A stretch of DNA of 64,000 nucleotides from assembly GCA_017651465.1 (NCBI GenBank), contig JAGCCX010000049.1, positions 4,909-68,908 of the forward strand, given 5' to 3'. Made by a program: the position numbers and the translations under genes. Under the pieces are notes generated by a model. The model had not been told where the DNA came from. It ran no database searches and saw only the letters and a list, made by a program, of their open reading frames with translations. Shown here piece after piece: positions 10,051 to 18,519 of the stretch (its first letter is position 1; every line of letters begins with the position of its first letter). The stretch comes from Bacteroidales bacterium. Its GTDB lineage: Bacteria; Bacteroidota; Bacteroidia; Bacteroidales; UBA932.

Positions 10051-10370
10051 AAAGCAATAGCTCTATGTCTGGAAACGACTTTAAAATTTTAGTTGATACC
10101 GTCGAGAATGGTGTCCGTCATATTACGGCCGCTCCCAGTGGGTTGGTATGCTCCAAGCTGATAGATTTCGACTTGGTTGACGGGCGTATCCATAACCTTA
10201 AGTATCTGGCCGGCTGCAACGGCAACCTCCAGGCCCTCGGGGCGCTTCTTGAGGGAGCCACAGCCGACTTTGCCATCGAACGCCTGAGCGGCATCAACTG
10301 CGCCGGGCGCGGTACCTCCTGTTCCGATCAGCTCTCCCGTATCCTCCGCCAGGTCACCAGGCAAAATTAA
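10023..10370 (+). CDS. TSCPD-domain protein (TIGR03905-like 4-Cys family)
   Basis: Sequence CSKLIDFDLVDGRIHNLKYLAGCNGNLQALGALLEGATADFAIERLSGINCAGRGTSCSDQL matches the family pattern. The first ATG (10023) lies inside the repeat's right arm, so ATG 10065 (MSGNDF...) is an equally plausible start. Confidence 0.72.
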   Translation: MEKQQPLPDESNSSMSGNDFKILVDTVENGVRHITAAPSGLVCSKLIDFDLVDGRIHNLKYLAGCNGNLQALGALLEGATADFAIERLSGINCAGRGTSCSDQLSRILRQVTRQN

Positions 10371-10380
10371 TTTTTGCGCT

Positions 10381-11292
10381 ATGCAAACCACTACTATCCC
10401 TTCCCCCAAAGGAGATATTCAGATCTCCTTGATTTATTCCGTTCCCGAAAGCGCCCCCAAGGGCATAGTGCAGATTGCTCACGGAATGTGTGAGCATAAA
10501 GAGCGTTATATCCCCCTGATGGAATTCCTGTCGGCAAACGGCTATGTGGCCGTGTGCAACGACCATCGCGGCCACGGAGCTTCGGTGCTCTCCAAAGACG
10601 ACCTGGGCTATATGGGCAAAGACGGATGGCTTGCCCTGGTAAACGACCTTAAGGCCGTAACTGACTGGGCTAAAGCGCAATGGCCATCGCTGCCATTCAA
10701 TCTTTTCGGGCACAGTATGGGCTCTTTGGCCGTGCGTTCCTATGCGCATCGCTACGACTCGGCCCTGGACAGTTTGATAGTATGCGGCTGCCCGTCCGAT
10801 AATCCGGCCAAGGGCGCGGGAATAATGCTTGCCAAATTGATAGGAAAAGTCAAGGGCTGGCACTACCGTCCGATGGTGCTCCAGAAGATGAGCTTCGGTG
10901 CATACAACAAGCCGTTTGCATCCGAAGGCTGGCCGGCCGCCTGGGTGTGCTCCGATCCCGATGTGTTGAAGGCCTACCACGCCGATCCTCTTTGTCAGTT
11001 CGTGTTCACCGCCGACGGGTTCCTGAATCTGCTGTTGCTGATGAAAGATTGCTACGATCCTTCAGCCAAAGTCGCCAATCCCGGCCTTCCTGTGCATTTT
11101 ATATCCGGATCCGAGGACCCCTGCCGTGTGAGCGACAAGGCCCTCGACGGAGCGGTACAAGCAATGCGTGACCTCGGCTACGCCAAAGTCACGCTGAAAG
11201 TATATCCCGGAATGCGGCACGAGATTCATAACGAAACCGGCCGCGCCGAGGTGTGGAACGATATTCTGTCTTATCTGAAAACTACTGCTTGA
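10381..11292 (+). CDS. Alpha/beta hydrolase (lysophospholipase / monoacylglycerol lipase-like)
   Basis: HGMCEHKERY...NDHRGHGAS and the nucleophile elbow GHSMGS. 303 aa. Confidence 0.85.
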   Translation: MQTTTIPSPKGDIQISLIYSVPESAPKGIVQIAHGMCEHKERYIPLMEFLSANGYVAVCNDHRGHGASVLSKDDLGYMGKDGWLALVNDLKAVTDWAKAQWPSLPFNLFGHSMGSLAVRSYAHRYDSALDSLIVCGCPSDNPAKGAGIMLAKLIGKVKGWHYRPMVLQKMSFGAYNKPFASEGWPAAWVCSDPDVLKAYHADPLCQFVFTADGFLNLLLLMKDCYDPSAKVANPGLPVHFISGSEDPCRVSDKALDGAVQAMRDLGYAKVTLKVYPGMRHEIHNETGRAEVWNDILSYLKTTA

Positions 11293-13981
11293 TAAGTACT
11301 ATCGGGTATTCGTCCGTGGCAAAGTTGACCTGACCGAAATAATAGCCTTGAGTGTAATTGTCAATGCCATACAAGCCTTGAGTAAAGGCCAGGCCGAACG
11401 GCTTGTCGGCTTTGTATGAGCCGTCGCCCTGGCGGGTAAATGTGACCACACCTTCATTGGCAGTAAACCGCCCGGACATCAATTCTCCGTCCCACAAGAA
11501 CATCGACCAATCTGAGCCTGCGTTTTCCCAGTAACAAGGAGTTTGCTGAGGCAGAGGAATGCGGATACGGCTGCGGTCGCCGGCCACTACGCCGTAAATA
11601 TCTACCGATGGAGTAAAACTATCCTTATATCTGGCGGCAAACTCTGAGAACCACGACAAGGTTGCTCTTGTGGCATCGGAAGCATATTCGCCCACAGAAG
11701 CCGTCCATTCTAGATAATTGTATTCATCAGTATTGACATAAGCGTATGCCTTCATTGTATAGTCTCCGAACAAATCCGCGTGCGGGTGCACTCCGGACTC
11801 GTATTGAGCGCGGGTCAGGACTATTGTCGCATACGGAATAGTTTGGTCAATGCGGTCGTAAGTTACTTCCGGAATGCTCTGCCCATCGGCAATAATCAGA
11901 TACTTGAGAGGAGATGTAAAGGTGTTGTACTTAACATCGCTGACCAGTTCTCCGTTGCGCCAGAGAGGCTCTTCATACACTCCGTCGAAATAATACAGCT
12001 TGGGGTTTTTGCTTACGTCGAGCAGTTCAAGAGGATTGCCTCCGAACACAACTTCTGTAAGATCCGGATTCTGGCTGAGGTCGATCCCGGTGATGTCGTT
12101 GTCGAAGAAGCGCAGGTACTGGAGCTTTGGATTATGCGAGACATCCAAAGTCTTCAGCTCGTTGAGGCAACAGTAAAGAACCTCAAGATAGGAGTTCTTT
12201 GTTACGTCCAGGGAGCCAAGCGGATTATATGATACATAAGCGCGGACCAAATACTTGAGATGCGTTAAGTCCAGTGAAGTCAAATTATTATCATAGCAAG
12301 ACAGATATGATATATTCTCGTTGTTAGAGATATCAAGTGAGGTGAGATTGTTGCCCCAGCAATATAAAGTTAAGAGCTGGGGTTGTTTGCTAACATCAAG
12401 TGTAGACAAACCGCAACCTCCGCCGTACAGCGTCTCCAGAAGGGGGTTGTTGCTGAGGTCAAGACTACCTATATTCTTGTTATAATTGCAATTAATATAA
12501 GTAAGCTTTGGATTGTGACTTACGTCAAGAGCATTGAGATTGTTGCCGGAAAGATATAATCTGTCCAGTACCTGGCAGTCGCTTAAGTCAATCTCGGTCA
12601 CCTTGTTGTCCGTGAGCGCGAGGGTATTCAGCTTGGAGCAGTTCTTGACATTGATTTCGGAAATCTGGTTAAATTGAAGGTTAACGATTTCAATATCAGG
12701 ATTCGAGCTTAAATCGACTTCATTCTGGATGTTATTGTAGGAGCAGTCGAGATACTTAAGTTTGGGCAGCCACGGGGTTTCAAGACTGCGCAGGGAGCCT
12801 GGATTGTCCGAAGTGCCCCGGCAAACCAACGTTTCAAGGTTCTCGAAGAACATCAAGTCTTCCAGTCCGGGCGCGTCAGTACTGGCCGTTCCGTTGATGT
12901 TGATTTCTTTGACTGCAAGAGCCTCCGCAAAACTGATCTCCCCGTCGTGACTGGTGTCGAAATTATTGACGCAATACTGCTTGAAACCCTCGCTCTCGAA
13001 AACCAGGTTTCCCTCGAGGGGCTTGAATTCCAGGTCTTTGTCGCGCAGAGTCAGGCGGCTGAATACCGAACGCTCTATGCTGAACGATTTATTTACATTG
13101 TATGTAGCATAAGTGGATGGCGTCCTGAACGTGACCGTCATACCCTGGGTGAAAGTGATGGGAGGCAGGAGTGCGTAGTATGGCTCACCGGGATCTAGGC
13201 GATAGTCGCCGTTGCTGCCGTCGTCCATAATCCAGAATTCATCGGGAGTGTGATAATTGTATTCTCCGCCCTCTCCTACAGCCTCAATCAGTTCATCTGG
13301 AATGGACAGACTTTCCATTACAGGTTTGCCATCGGCGTCGAAGGATATTTCCATTATTCCCCACAGGGGATTGCCGTCGTTGTTTTTGATCACGACACCC
13401 ATAAGGTTCGGATTATCAACGACAACCTTGAGTCCGCCGCAGACATTGTAAAAATGGAAATGGGTGTCTTGGGAGCGTGCAACCATAGGGAATGTGATGC
13501 CCTCACGCGGCAGCAAATGAGGCCTGGTCTCGTACCCGAAAATCTTGCCGTCCTGAAAATCATATACATCGAACCCGTTTAGCAGAGGAAGCCTGATTTT
13601 GCCGTCCACCATTCCGCACAGATTGATGTACTCGCTTCCTGTATATGGATGAATACCATATAGATATTCTCCCACGGGATATTTAAGTTCGCCGGTAAAC
13701 GTGGCGGTCGAAGCGCTGCTCGACTCTTCCATCGCAAAGGCGGCACCTGTATCTTCAGGATTTCCGGTAAATACACCTATAGGGTCTTCGTCACCCTCCC
13801 AGAACAACTTTCCGGTGTCTTCTTCCAGATACAACTTGGTTCCGGTACCTTCGCCTATGGTGGCGGTAATGGTTATTTTGCCCGGAGCTATCCGAGTCTC
13901 GGGGGCGGTGTCCAATTCTTTTTCACTTAGGCAGGCGGAAAGCATCAGGGCCGCCAGGCAAATCAAATTAATCTTTTTCAT
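11282..13981 (-). CDS. Surface lipoprotein, 899 aa: fimbrillin-like N-module + leucine-rich repeats + C-terminal unknown domain
   Basis: Lipobox LMLSAC followed by an acidic stretch. N-module motif GKLFWEGDEDPIGVF...TATFTGE...YGIHPY. About a dozen 21-22-aa LRR units (LxxLDxSxNxxLxxL). Its 3' end overlaps the convergent hydrolase gene by 11 nt. Confidence 0.85.
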   Translation of the reverse strand: MKKINLICLAALMLSACLSEKELDTAPETRIAPGKITITATIGEGTGTKLYLEEDTGKLFWEGDEDPIGVFTGNPEDTGAAFAMEESSSASTATFTGELKYPVGEYLYGIHPYTGSEYINLCGMVDGKIRLPLLNGFDVYDFQDGKIFGYETRPHLLPREGITFPMVARSQDTHFHFYNVCGGLKVVVDNPNLMGVVIKNNDGNPLWGIMEISFDADGKPVMESLSIPDELIEAVGEGGEYNYHTPDEFWIMDDGSNGDYRLDPGEPYYALLPPITFTQGMTVTFRTPSTYATYNVNKSFSIERSVFSRLTLRDKDLEFKPLEGNLVFESEGFKQYCVNNFDTSHDGEISFAEALAVKEININGTASTDAPGLEDLMFFENLETLVCRGTSDNPGSLRSLETPWLPKLKYLDCSYNNIQNEVDLSSNPDIEIVNLQFNQISEINVKNCSKLNTLALTDNKVTEIDLSDCQVLDRLYLSGNNLNALDVSHNPKLTYINCNYNKNIGSLDLSNNPLLETLYGGGCGLSTLDVSKQPQLLTLYCWGNNLTSLDISNNENISYLSCYDNNLTSLDLTHLKYLVRAYVSYNPLGSLDVTKNSYLEVLYCCLNELKTLDVSHNPKLQYLRFFDNDITGIDLSQNPDLTEVVFGGNPLELLDVSKNPKLYYFDGVYEEPLWRNGELVSDVKYNTFTSPLKYLIIADGQSIPEVTYDRIDQTIPYATIVLTRAQYESGVHPHADLFGDYTMKAYAYVNTDEYNYLEWTASVGEYASDATRATLSWFSEFAARYKDSFTPSVDIYGVVAGDRSRIRIPLPQQTPCYWENAGSDWSMFLWDGELMSGRFTANEGVVTFTRQGDGSYKADKPFGLAFTQGLYGIDNYTQGYYFGQVNFATDEYPIVLIKQ
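12019..12949 (-). repeat. Tandem ~63-66-nt coding repeats (LRR units), visibly more AT-rich than the flanks
   Basis: Periodic recurrence of ...gttgtc/gttgcc...aagatc/aagtcc... units. The protein shows repeated L-D-[VLI]-S-x-N-P-x-L. Confidence 0.7.
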
Positions 13982-13992
13982 AGTGCTCGGAT

Positions 13993-14142
13993 TTAAAGTT
14001 CGGGACCATCAACGATAACCAATTCGGAATCGACTTCATAGTGAGTGACCGAATCGCATAAAAGGTCGTGGGTGCAAGTGGCCGCAATCTCCGCCTGAGG
14101 CGCCATATACCTTAAAGCGGTAAAAAAACGAGGTTCAATCAT
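13993..14142 (-). CDS. sORF family member 4 (49 aa): MIEPRFFTALRYMAPQAEIAATCTHDLLCDSVTHYEVDSELVIVDGPEL
   Basis: ATG at 14142 and TAA at 13993-13995, 11 nt before the ATG of the LRR lipoprotein gene. A TATATTTG box lies 24 nt upstream. It aligns without gaps with sORFs at 42668, 45435 and 59009 (Y-x-[AP]-P-[QV]-[AVI]-x9-[LGV]-[LI]-[CA]-[QDE]-[SA] plus an acidic tail). Confidence 0.5.
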   Translation of the reverse strand: MIEPRFFTALRYMAPQAEIAATCTHDLLCDSVTHYEVDSELVIVDGPEL

Positions 14143-14166
14143 ATTTTGCTACTAATGAGGTTAATG

Positions 14167-14174
14167 CAAATATA
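14167..14174 (-). promoter_or_regulatory. -7 promoter box (TATATTTG on minus strand) for sORF4 / LRR lipoprotein
   Basis: The plus strand reads caaatata, 24 nt upstream of the sORF ATG. It is flanked by an 8-bp inverted repeat: ttttgcta (14144-14151) and tagcaaaa (14173-14180). Confidence 0.45.
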
Positions 14175-14260
14175 GCAAAAGATTCTTATCTTCAAGCACG
14201 TCTGGTGCCGAAGAACCCTGCCGCGTGAGTTTCAATGCAGGTGAGGAATGATAATCTGCC

Positions 14261-16201
14261 TTAAGCCCTCCGGCAGACGTAGTCGAAGAAGGGCTGTATG
14301 TCTTTGCGCGAGCTGAACCGGGCCATATACACCTGGTTCCCGAGGGCGTCTGAAAGGGCGTCGGGCATACGCTGGCACATACAGATGCCAAGGTTCGCAT
14401 CGGCGGAACTGAAAGCCCCCGAGCCATACTTGGCGAGGATGTCCTCGTGCGAATGGACATAGCGGTAGCAGTCTCTACGGCTTGCATAGGCACACCAGTA
14501 TTGCTCTCCTGAGCCCTTGTGGCGGGAGTCGAAAGTCACCATATCCGCCCATATCTGGAATACGTCGGTGGAATGGGCGAAGTTCATCATATCGGGCGTG
14601 TAGCCTCCTGCAGGGCGCATATTCACCTCAAGTCCCACAAAATCGCCCCTCTTTCCGAGACCTTCGCGGTCGCGGTCGAGCTTGAAGAATTCCAGGTGCA
14701 CGAAGCGGCTCTTGATGCCGAAAGCCTTGACGGTACGGCGACCTATGCGCGAGAGTGCGGCGGGCACGTCTCTCTCGACATAATAGCAGGAGTCGAGGTT
14801 CCCGTGCACTATGTCCATAATGGGCGTGGGATACACTCCCATCGACTCGAACAACGGTTCTCCGGCCGAATTGTATATGGCGTCGTAAGAGGTCAGCAGG
14901 CCGGTGATGAATTCTTCCACCACGAAGGCTCCGTAGTTACCGCCGTGCTCGCCGAACCAGGCTTTCAGTTCCTCGTCGGAATTCATCTTGAAGGTGCCGC
15001 TGGCGCCCACGCCGTTGTCGGGCTTGGCAATTATGGGGTATCCGGTCTTGCGGGCGAATGCGCGTACGGCCTCCAGACCCTCCGCCGCCTTGATCTGGCG
15101 GGCCGTGGGGATGCCTCCGGCGGCATAGTACTTTTTCATCTCCGACTTTTCTTTGATGCCGTCGATGCTGTCGCTCTTGATGCCGGAGTTTACATTGAAG
15201 TCGGTGCGCAGGCGTGCGTCCTGCTCGAGCCAGTATTCATTGTTGGATTCGATCCAGTCGATGTGCCCCCATTTGTGGGCGAACCAGGCCACGGCGCGAT
15301 ACACTTCGTCGTAGTCTTCGAGGTTGCGCACCTGATAATAGTCGGACAGCGAGCCGCGGAGTTCGTCGTTGAGGGCGCCCCAGGGTGTGTCGGCAATGCC
15401 CAGCACATTGGCTCCGTTGCGCTTGAGGGCGGCGCAGAAGTGGCTGTAGGTCTGGGGGAAATGAGGAGAAATAAAAACAACGTTCATAAAAGTATACACT
15501 TGATTTTCGTTACTAACTTGACGCATACCGCCGCCAGATATCTCCCAGGCGGTCCCGTACAGGGTTTCCCTGCCGGAGCGGTTTAAGATGTAGCCCCCGT
15601 CGGGGAAGGTATAAAATGTGTGCGAGTAGCTGTCGGGAAAGATGATGTCTTCAAACAGGCGCTGTCCGTCAACTACTGCGTTCCTGACTTGATGATAGTG
15701 CGGAATTATCTGGAGGCGCGTGAGTCCCAGGCCCTTGAGCCAGCGCTTGTATGAGGGATCGGCGGCCTCGCCCTGGAGTTCGGGGTGGGAGTACACCATC
15801 TCGGCACAATTCATACTGCCCGCGCTGCATCCCATAACCAGCCCGCGGAAACCTTTCAGAAGCTCTTTCAGGCCTATTTCGTGGAGGAAGCGGTTTTGTG
15901 TGGGGACGTGGCCGCCGCAGAGCACGATCCAATGGGCTTTGTTCACCAATTGGGCGGCGAGCCCGCAATTGCGCCGGTCGAGCATCGTTATTTCCGAGGG
16001 ATCGATTCCGGAGTTTCTGATACAAAGACTCATACCCGAGAGCACGCTTTCGGTAAAAGCCTCGTCGTCCGGCGCCGCGCTGATCAGCAAGACCCGCGGG
16101 CGAAGGGGGATGGAGGCGCGTACCGTAGCCAAAAAACCATTGTCTTCGGTAAACCTGTCTTCTCCGTAGCGCGTAGGGCTTCCAGTCAGAATCAAAGTCA
16201 T
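14261..16201 (-). CDS. Fusion ORF: peptidase S51 (peptidase E/cyanophycinase-like) N-half + ATP-grasp ligase C-half
   Basis: 646 aa with no internal stop. The N-half has the S51 nucleophile motif VMGCSAGSMN. The C-half begins at an internal Met (15487, MNVVFISPHFPQTY...) and carries ATP-grasp features (IIAKPDNGVGASG...VVEEFITG...GLEVNMRPAGG). Confidence 0.8.
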   Translation of the reverse strand: MTLILTGSPTRYGEDRFTEDNGFLATVRASIPLRPRVLLISAAPDDEAFTESVLSGMSLCIRNSGIDPSEITMLDRRNCGLAAQLVNKAHWIVLCGGHVPTQNRFLHEIGLKELLKGFRGLVMGCSAGSMNCAEMVYSHPELQGEAADPSYKRWLKGLGLTRLQIIPHYHQVRNAVVDGQRLFEDIIFPDSYSHTFYTFPDGGYILNRSGRETLYGTAWEISGGGMRQVSNENQVYTFMNVVFISPHFPQTYSHFCAALKRNGANVLGIADTPWGALNDELRGSLSDYYQVRNLEDYDEVYRAVAWFAHKWGHIDWIESNNEYWLEQDARLRTDFNVNSGIKSDSIDGIKEKSEMKKYYAAGGIPTARQIKAAEGLEAVRAFARKTGYPIIAKPDNGVGASGTFKMNSDEELKAWFGEHGGNYGAFVVEEFITGLLTSYDAIYNSAGEPLFESMGVYPTPIMDIVHGNLDSCYYVERDVPAALSRIGRRTVKAFGIKSRFVHLEFFKLDRDREGLGKRGDFVGLEVNMRPAGGYTPDMMNFAHSTDVFQIWADMVTFDSRHKGSGEQYWCAYASRRDCYRYVHSHEDILAKYGSGAFSSADANLGICMCQRMPDALSDALGNQVYMARFSSRKDIQPFFDYVCRRA

Positions 16202-16228
16202 AGGAATGCAAAGTTAGCAAAATACTAT

Positions 16229-16236
16229 TATCTTTG
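16229..16236 (+). promoter_or_regulatory. -7 promoter box (TATCTTTG) for the DUF1538 operon
   Basis: TAnnTTTG, 16 nt upstream of the ATG at 16253. Confidence 0.5.
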
Positions 16237-16252
16237 TATATCAAAATTTAGT

Positions 16253-17809
16253 ATGAAGAAATCCGACAGTATTTCGGGACAGCTTTGGTCTGCGTTGTTT
16301 GACAAGCTCAAGGAGGCCCTCGCCTCGGTGCTTCCCGTGAGTTTGATCGTACTGGCGTTGTATCTGCTGCCCTGGGTCGAAATCTCCAGCCACGAGCTCG
16401 TAGTGTTTTTTATATCCACACTTTTGCTGGTGCTCGGAATCGGCCTTTTCAATTTGGGCGCCGACCTTGCTATGACCCCTATGGGACAGTACATCGGCGA
16501 GGGTCTTACCAAGTCTAAAAGGACTACGATCCTCGTGAGCGTGTGCCTCCTGATGGGTGTGCTGATTACCGTAGCCGAGCCCGACCTCTCCGTACTGGCC
16601 GGTCAGGTGAGCGCGGTAATGAATTCTAAATTACTGATTTACACGGTGGGCATCGGGGTTGGACTGCTGCTGGTGCTGGGAGTGTTCAAGATACTCCTGC
16701 ATCTTGACCTTCCTTCAATCCTGATGTTTATGTATATGATGCTGTTCTGCGTCACGGCCCTGCTTATCGAGGGCGGACGCGGATCGCTCCTTGCCCTGTC
16801 CTTCGACTCCGGCGGCGTGACCACGGGTCCCATAACTGTGCCGTTCATAATGGCTCTCGGCGTGGGTATAGCCCTTACGGTGGGCGGCAGGAACGCCAGC
16901 GAGAACAGTTTCGGCCTCATCGCGCTTTGCTCGGTGGGTCCCGTGCTGGCCGTCTTGTTCCTTTCGATGATGTCCAACGGCAGCCTCGACTTCCAGGTTC
17001 CCGACTACTCGATGGACGCCATCCTCGAAGAGGGCATAGGCAATGTGTTTATCGGGCAGATGGCCGACGTGGGCCAGTCGCTCATACTGATCCTGCTGGT
17101 GTTCTTTGCGCTGCAGTTCCTTATTCTAAAGCTCCCCGGCAATAAGCTGGTGCAGATACTTGTGGGCGCCGTTTACACTTTCGTGGGCCTCGTTATCTTC
17201 CTTTCCGCCGTTGAGATGGCTTTTATGCCCATCGGCTACAAGATCGGAGCGGGCCTTGCCGGTGAAAACCCCTGGCTCATCATTATTTTTGCCTTCATAA
17301 TCGGCAATGTGGTGGTTATGGCCGAGCCGGCCGTGCACGTGCTTAAGAATCAGGTGGCGGAGATTACCGGCGGGGAAGTTTCGAAGCGCCAGATGATGTT
17401 GGCCCTGTCACTGGGCGTGGGTGTTTCCATCGGGCTGTCGGTCCTCAGGGTCTATCTTGGATTCTCGGTCCTGTATTATCTTGTGCCGGGCTATCTTATC
17501 TCGCTCGTGCTTTCGTTCTTCGTGCCCAAGCTCTACACCGCCATTGCTTTCGACTCCGGCGGCGTGGCCAGCGGCCCCCTTACATCCAGCTTCATTTTGC
17601 CTATGGTGATAGGTACTTGCGTTGCGATGCAGGGAGAGTCTTCGGTGCTGGATTTCGCGTTTGGAGTGGTGGCGATGGTGGCTATGACTCCGCTTATTAC
17701 CATCCAGTCTCTCGGCTTCAAGTCGGTGATGAGCGTGCGCCGGCGCAAGAGCGTCGCTATGCGCCGTATCCTCGAGGCGGCTGACGATCAAATCATTTAT
17801 TTCGAGTAA
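16253..17809 (+). CDS. DUF1538-family integral membrane protein (two DUF1538 repeats)
   Basis: Starts MKKSDSISGQLWSALFDKLKEAL... Polytopic and hydrophobic, with repeated ...AEPDLSVLAGQV / ...AEPAVHVLKNQV and FDSGGVTTGP / FDSGGVASGP motifs. The ORF-track start at 15785 is an upstream extension that overlaps the convergent gene. Confidence 0.85.
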   Translation: MKKSDSISGQLWSALFDKLKEALASVLPVSLIVLALYLLPWVEISSHELVVFFISTLLLVLGIGLFNLGADLAMTPMGQYIGEGLTKSKRTTILVSVCLLMGVLITVAEPDLSVLAGQVSAVMNSKLLIYTVGIGVGLLLVLGVFKILLHLDLPSILMFMYMMLFCVTALLIEGGRGSLLALSFDSGGVTTGPITVPFIMALGVGIALTVGGRNASENSFGLIALCSVGPVLAVLFLSMMSNGSLDFQVPDYSMDAILEEGIGNVFIGQMADVGQSLILILLVFFALQFLILKLPGNKLVQILVGAVYTFVGLVIFLSAVEMAFMPIGYKIGAGLAGENPWLIIIFAFIIGNVVVMAEPAVHVLKNQVAEITGGEVSKRQMMLALSLGVGVSIGLSVLRVYLGFSVLYYLVPGYLISLVLSFFVPKLYTAIAFDSGGVASGPLTSSFILPMVIGTCVAMQGESSVLDFAFGVVAMVAMTPLITIQSLGFKSVMSVRRRKSVAMRRILEAADDQIIYFE

Positions 17810-17813
17810 GCCT

Positions 17814-18173
17814 ATGGAAACACGTAATGTCGCGCCTGTAAAGCTTGAGTTGTTCGTTGCCGTGGTTCACGACAAGAAGGCATCGTACTACTCCAGTATC
17901 ATACAGTCCCATCAGGCAAATATCCAGTTTTTTACTCCCTGTACGGGAGTTACCCACCTGCTGCTCAGCTCCCTGGGTCTTACTCCCTCGCCAAAGACCT
18001 TGCTGGCAAGTGTTGTGCGGAGCGATGAGGCCCAGGGCCTCGTGGATTTCTTCCGCGATACTATCGCCAAGGGCAAAGAGTATAAGGGAATAGCGTTTAC
18101 GATTCCCCTGACGAGTGTGATCGGCACTCTTGTATATGGATTTTTAAGTAACGAAAGAACCACTGTAAAATAG
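17814..18173 (+). CDS. P-II-like small protein (divergent)
   Basis: 119 aa, placed between the DUF1538 gene and a clearer P-II-like gene. Its size and beta-alpha-beta pattern resemble that neighbour. The call is weak. Confidence 0.55.
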   Translation: METRNVAPVKLELFVAVVHDKKASYYSSIIQSHQANIQFFTPCTGVTHLLLSSLGLTPSPKTLLASVVRSDEAQGLVDFFRDTIAKGKEYKGIAFTIPLTSVIGTLVYGFLSNERTTVK

Positions 18174-18181
18174 CAATCGCA

Positions 18182-18502
18182 ATGGATAACAAATACGAAT
18201 TGATAGTCTGTATAGTCAACGCCGGTTTCTCCCAGAACGTTGCCGCGGCGGCCACTAAGGCCGGTGCCAAGGGAGGCTCCGTGGTCAAGGGGCGCGGTAC
18301 CGCCAATCCCGAGGCCGAAGAGTTCTTCAACATCAGCATCCAGCCCAACAAAGAAGTGGTTCTGATTCTCGTTACCGCCGACATCAAGGACGCCGTTATG
18401 CGTTCAATCTACAAGGAATCCGGGCTCTCGACGGACGGCCAGGGCATCGCCTTCTCTCTCCCCGTCAGCCGCACCACCTTCGATAGCTTGATCAAGGAAT
18501 AA
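18182..18502 (+). CDS. P-II family (nitrogen regulatory protein P-II-like) small protein
   Basis: 106 aa. Sequence MDNKYELIVCIVNAGFSQNVAAAATKAGAKGGSVVKGRGTA...KEVVLILV is typical of the P-II-like partners of DUF1538 proteins. Confidence 0.75.
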   Translation: MDNKYELIVCIVNAGFSQNVAAAATKAGAKGGSVVKGRGTANPEAEEFFNISIQPNKEVVLILVTADIKDAVMRSIYKESGLSTDGQGIAFSLPVSRTTFDSLIKE

Positions 18503-18519
18503 AAAGCCCTTAAAACCAA

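Noticed and set aside
12019-12949. Possible CRISPR-like periodic repeats
   Set aside because: The periodicity is the 21-22-codon leucine-rich repeat of a continuous 899-aa ORF. The repeats are imperfect, there is no spacer/repeat alternation, and no cas genes are present.
14143-14260. Invertible (phase-variable) promoter upstream of the LRR lipoprotein / sORF4. The same idea was considered for 58949..59008.
   Set aside because: Only an 8-bp inverted repeat brackets the -7 box, and no site-specific recombinase gene is in the window. This is insufficient to claim an invertible element.
13993-16201. Graspetide/microviridin-like RiPP cluster (ATP-grasp ligase next to an acidic Ser/Thr-rich sORF)
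   Set aside because: The idea is attractive but unsupported. The sORF has its own promoter and is tightly coupled to the downstream lipoprotein instead. Three other family members have no ATP-grasp neighbour. I also cannot show that the ligase belongs to the RiPP-type subgroup.
15785-16252. N-terminal 156-codon extension of the DUF1538 ORF
   Set aside because: The extension overlaps the convergent S51/ATP-grasp gene. A TATCTTTG box and a typical MKK start at 16253 fit the real gene.
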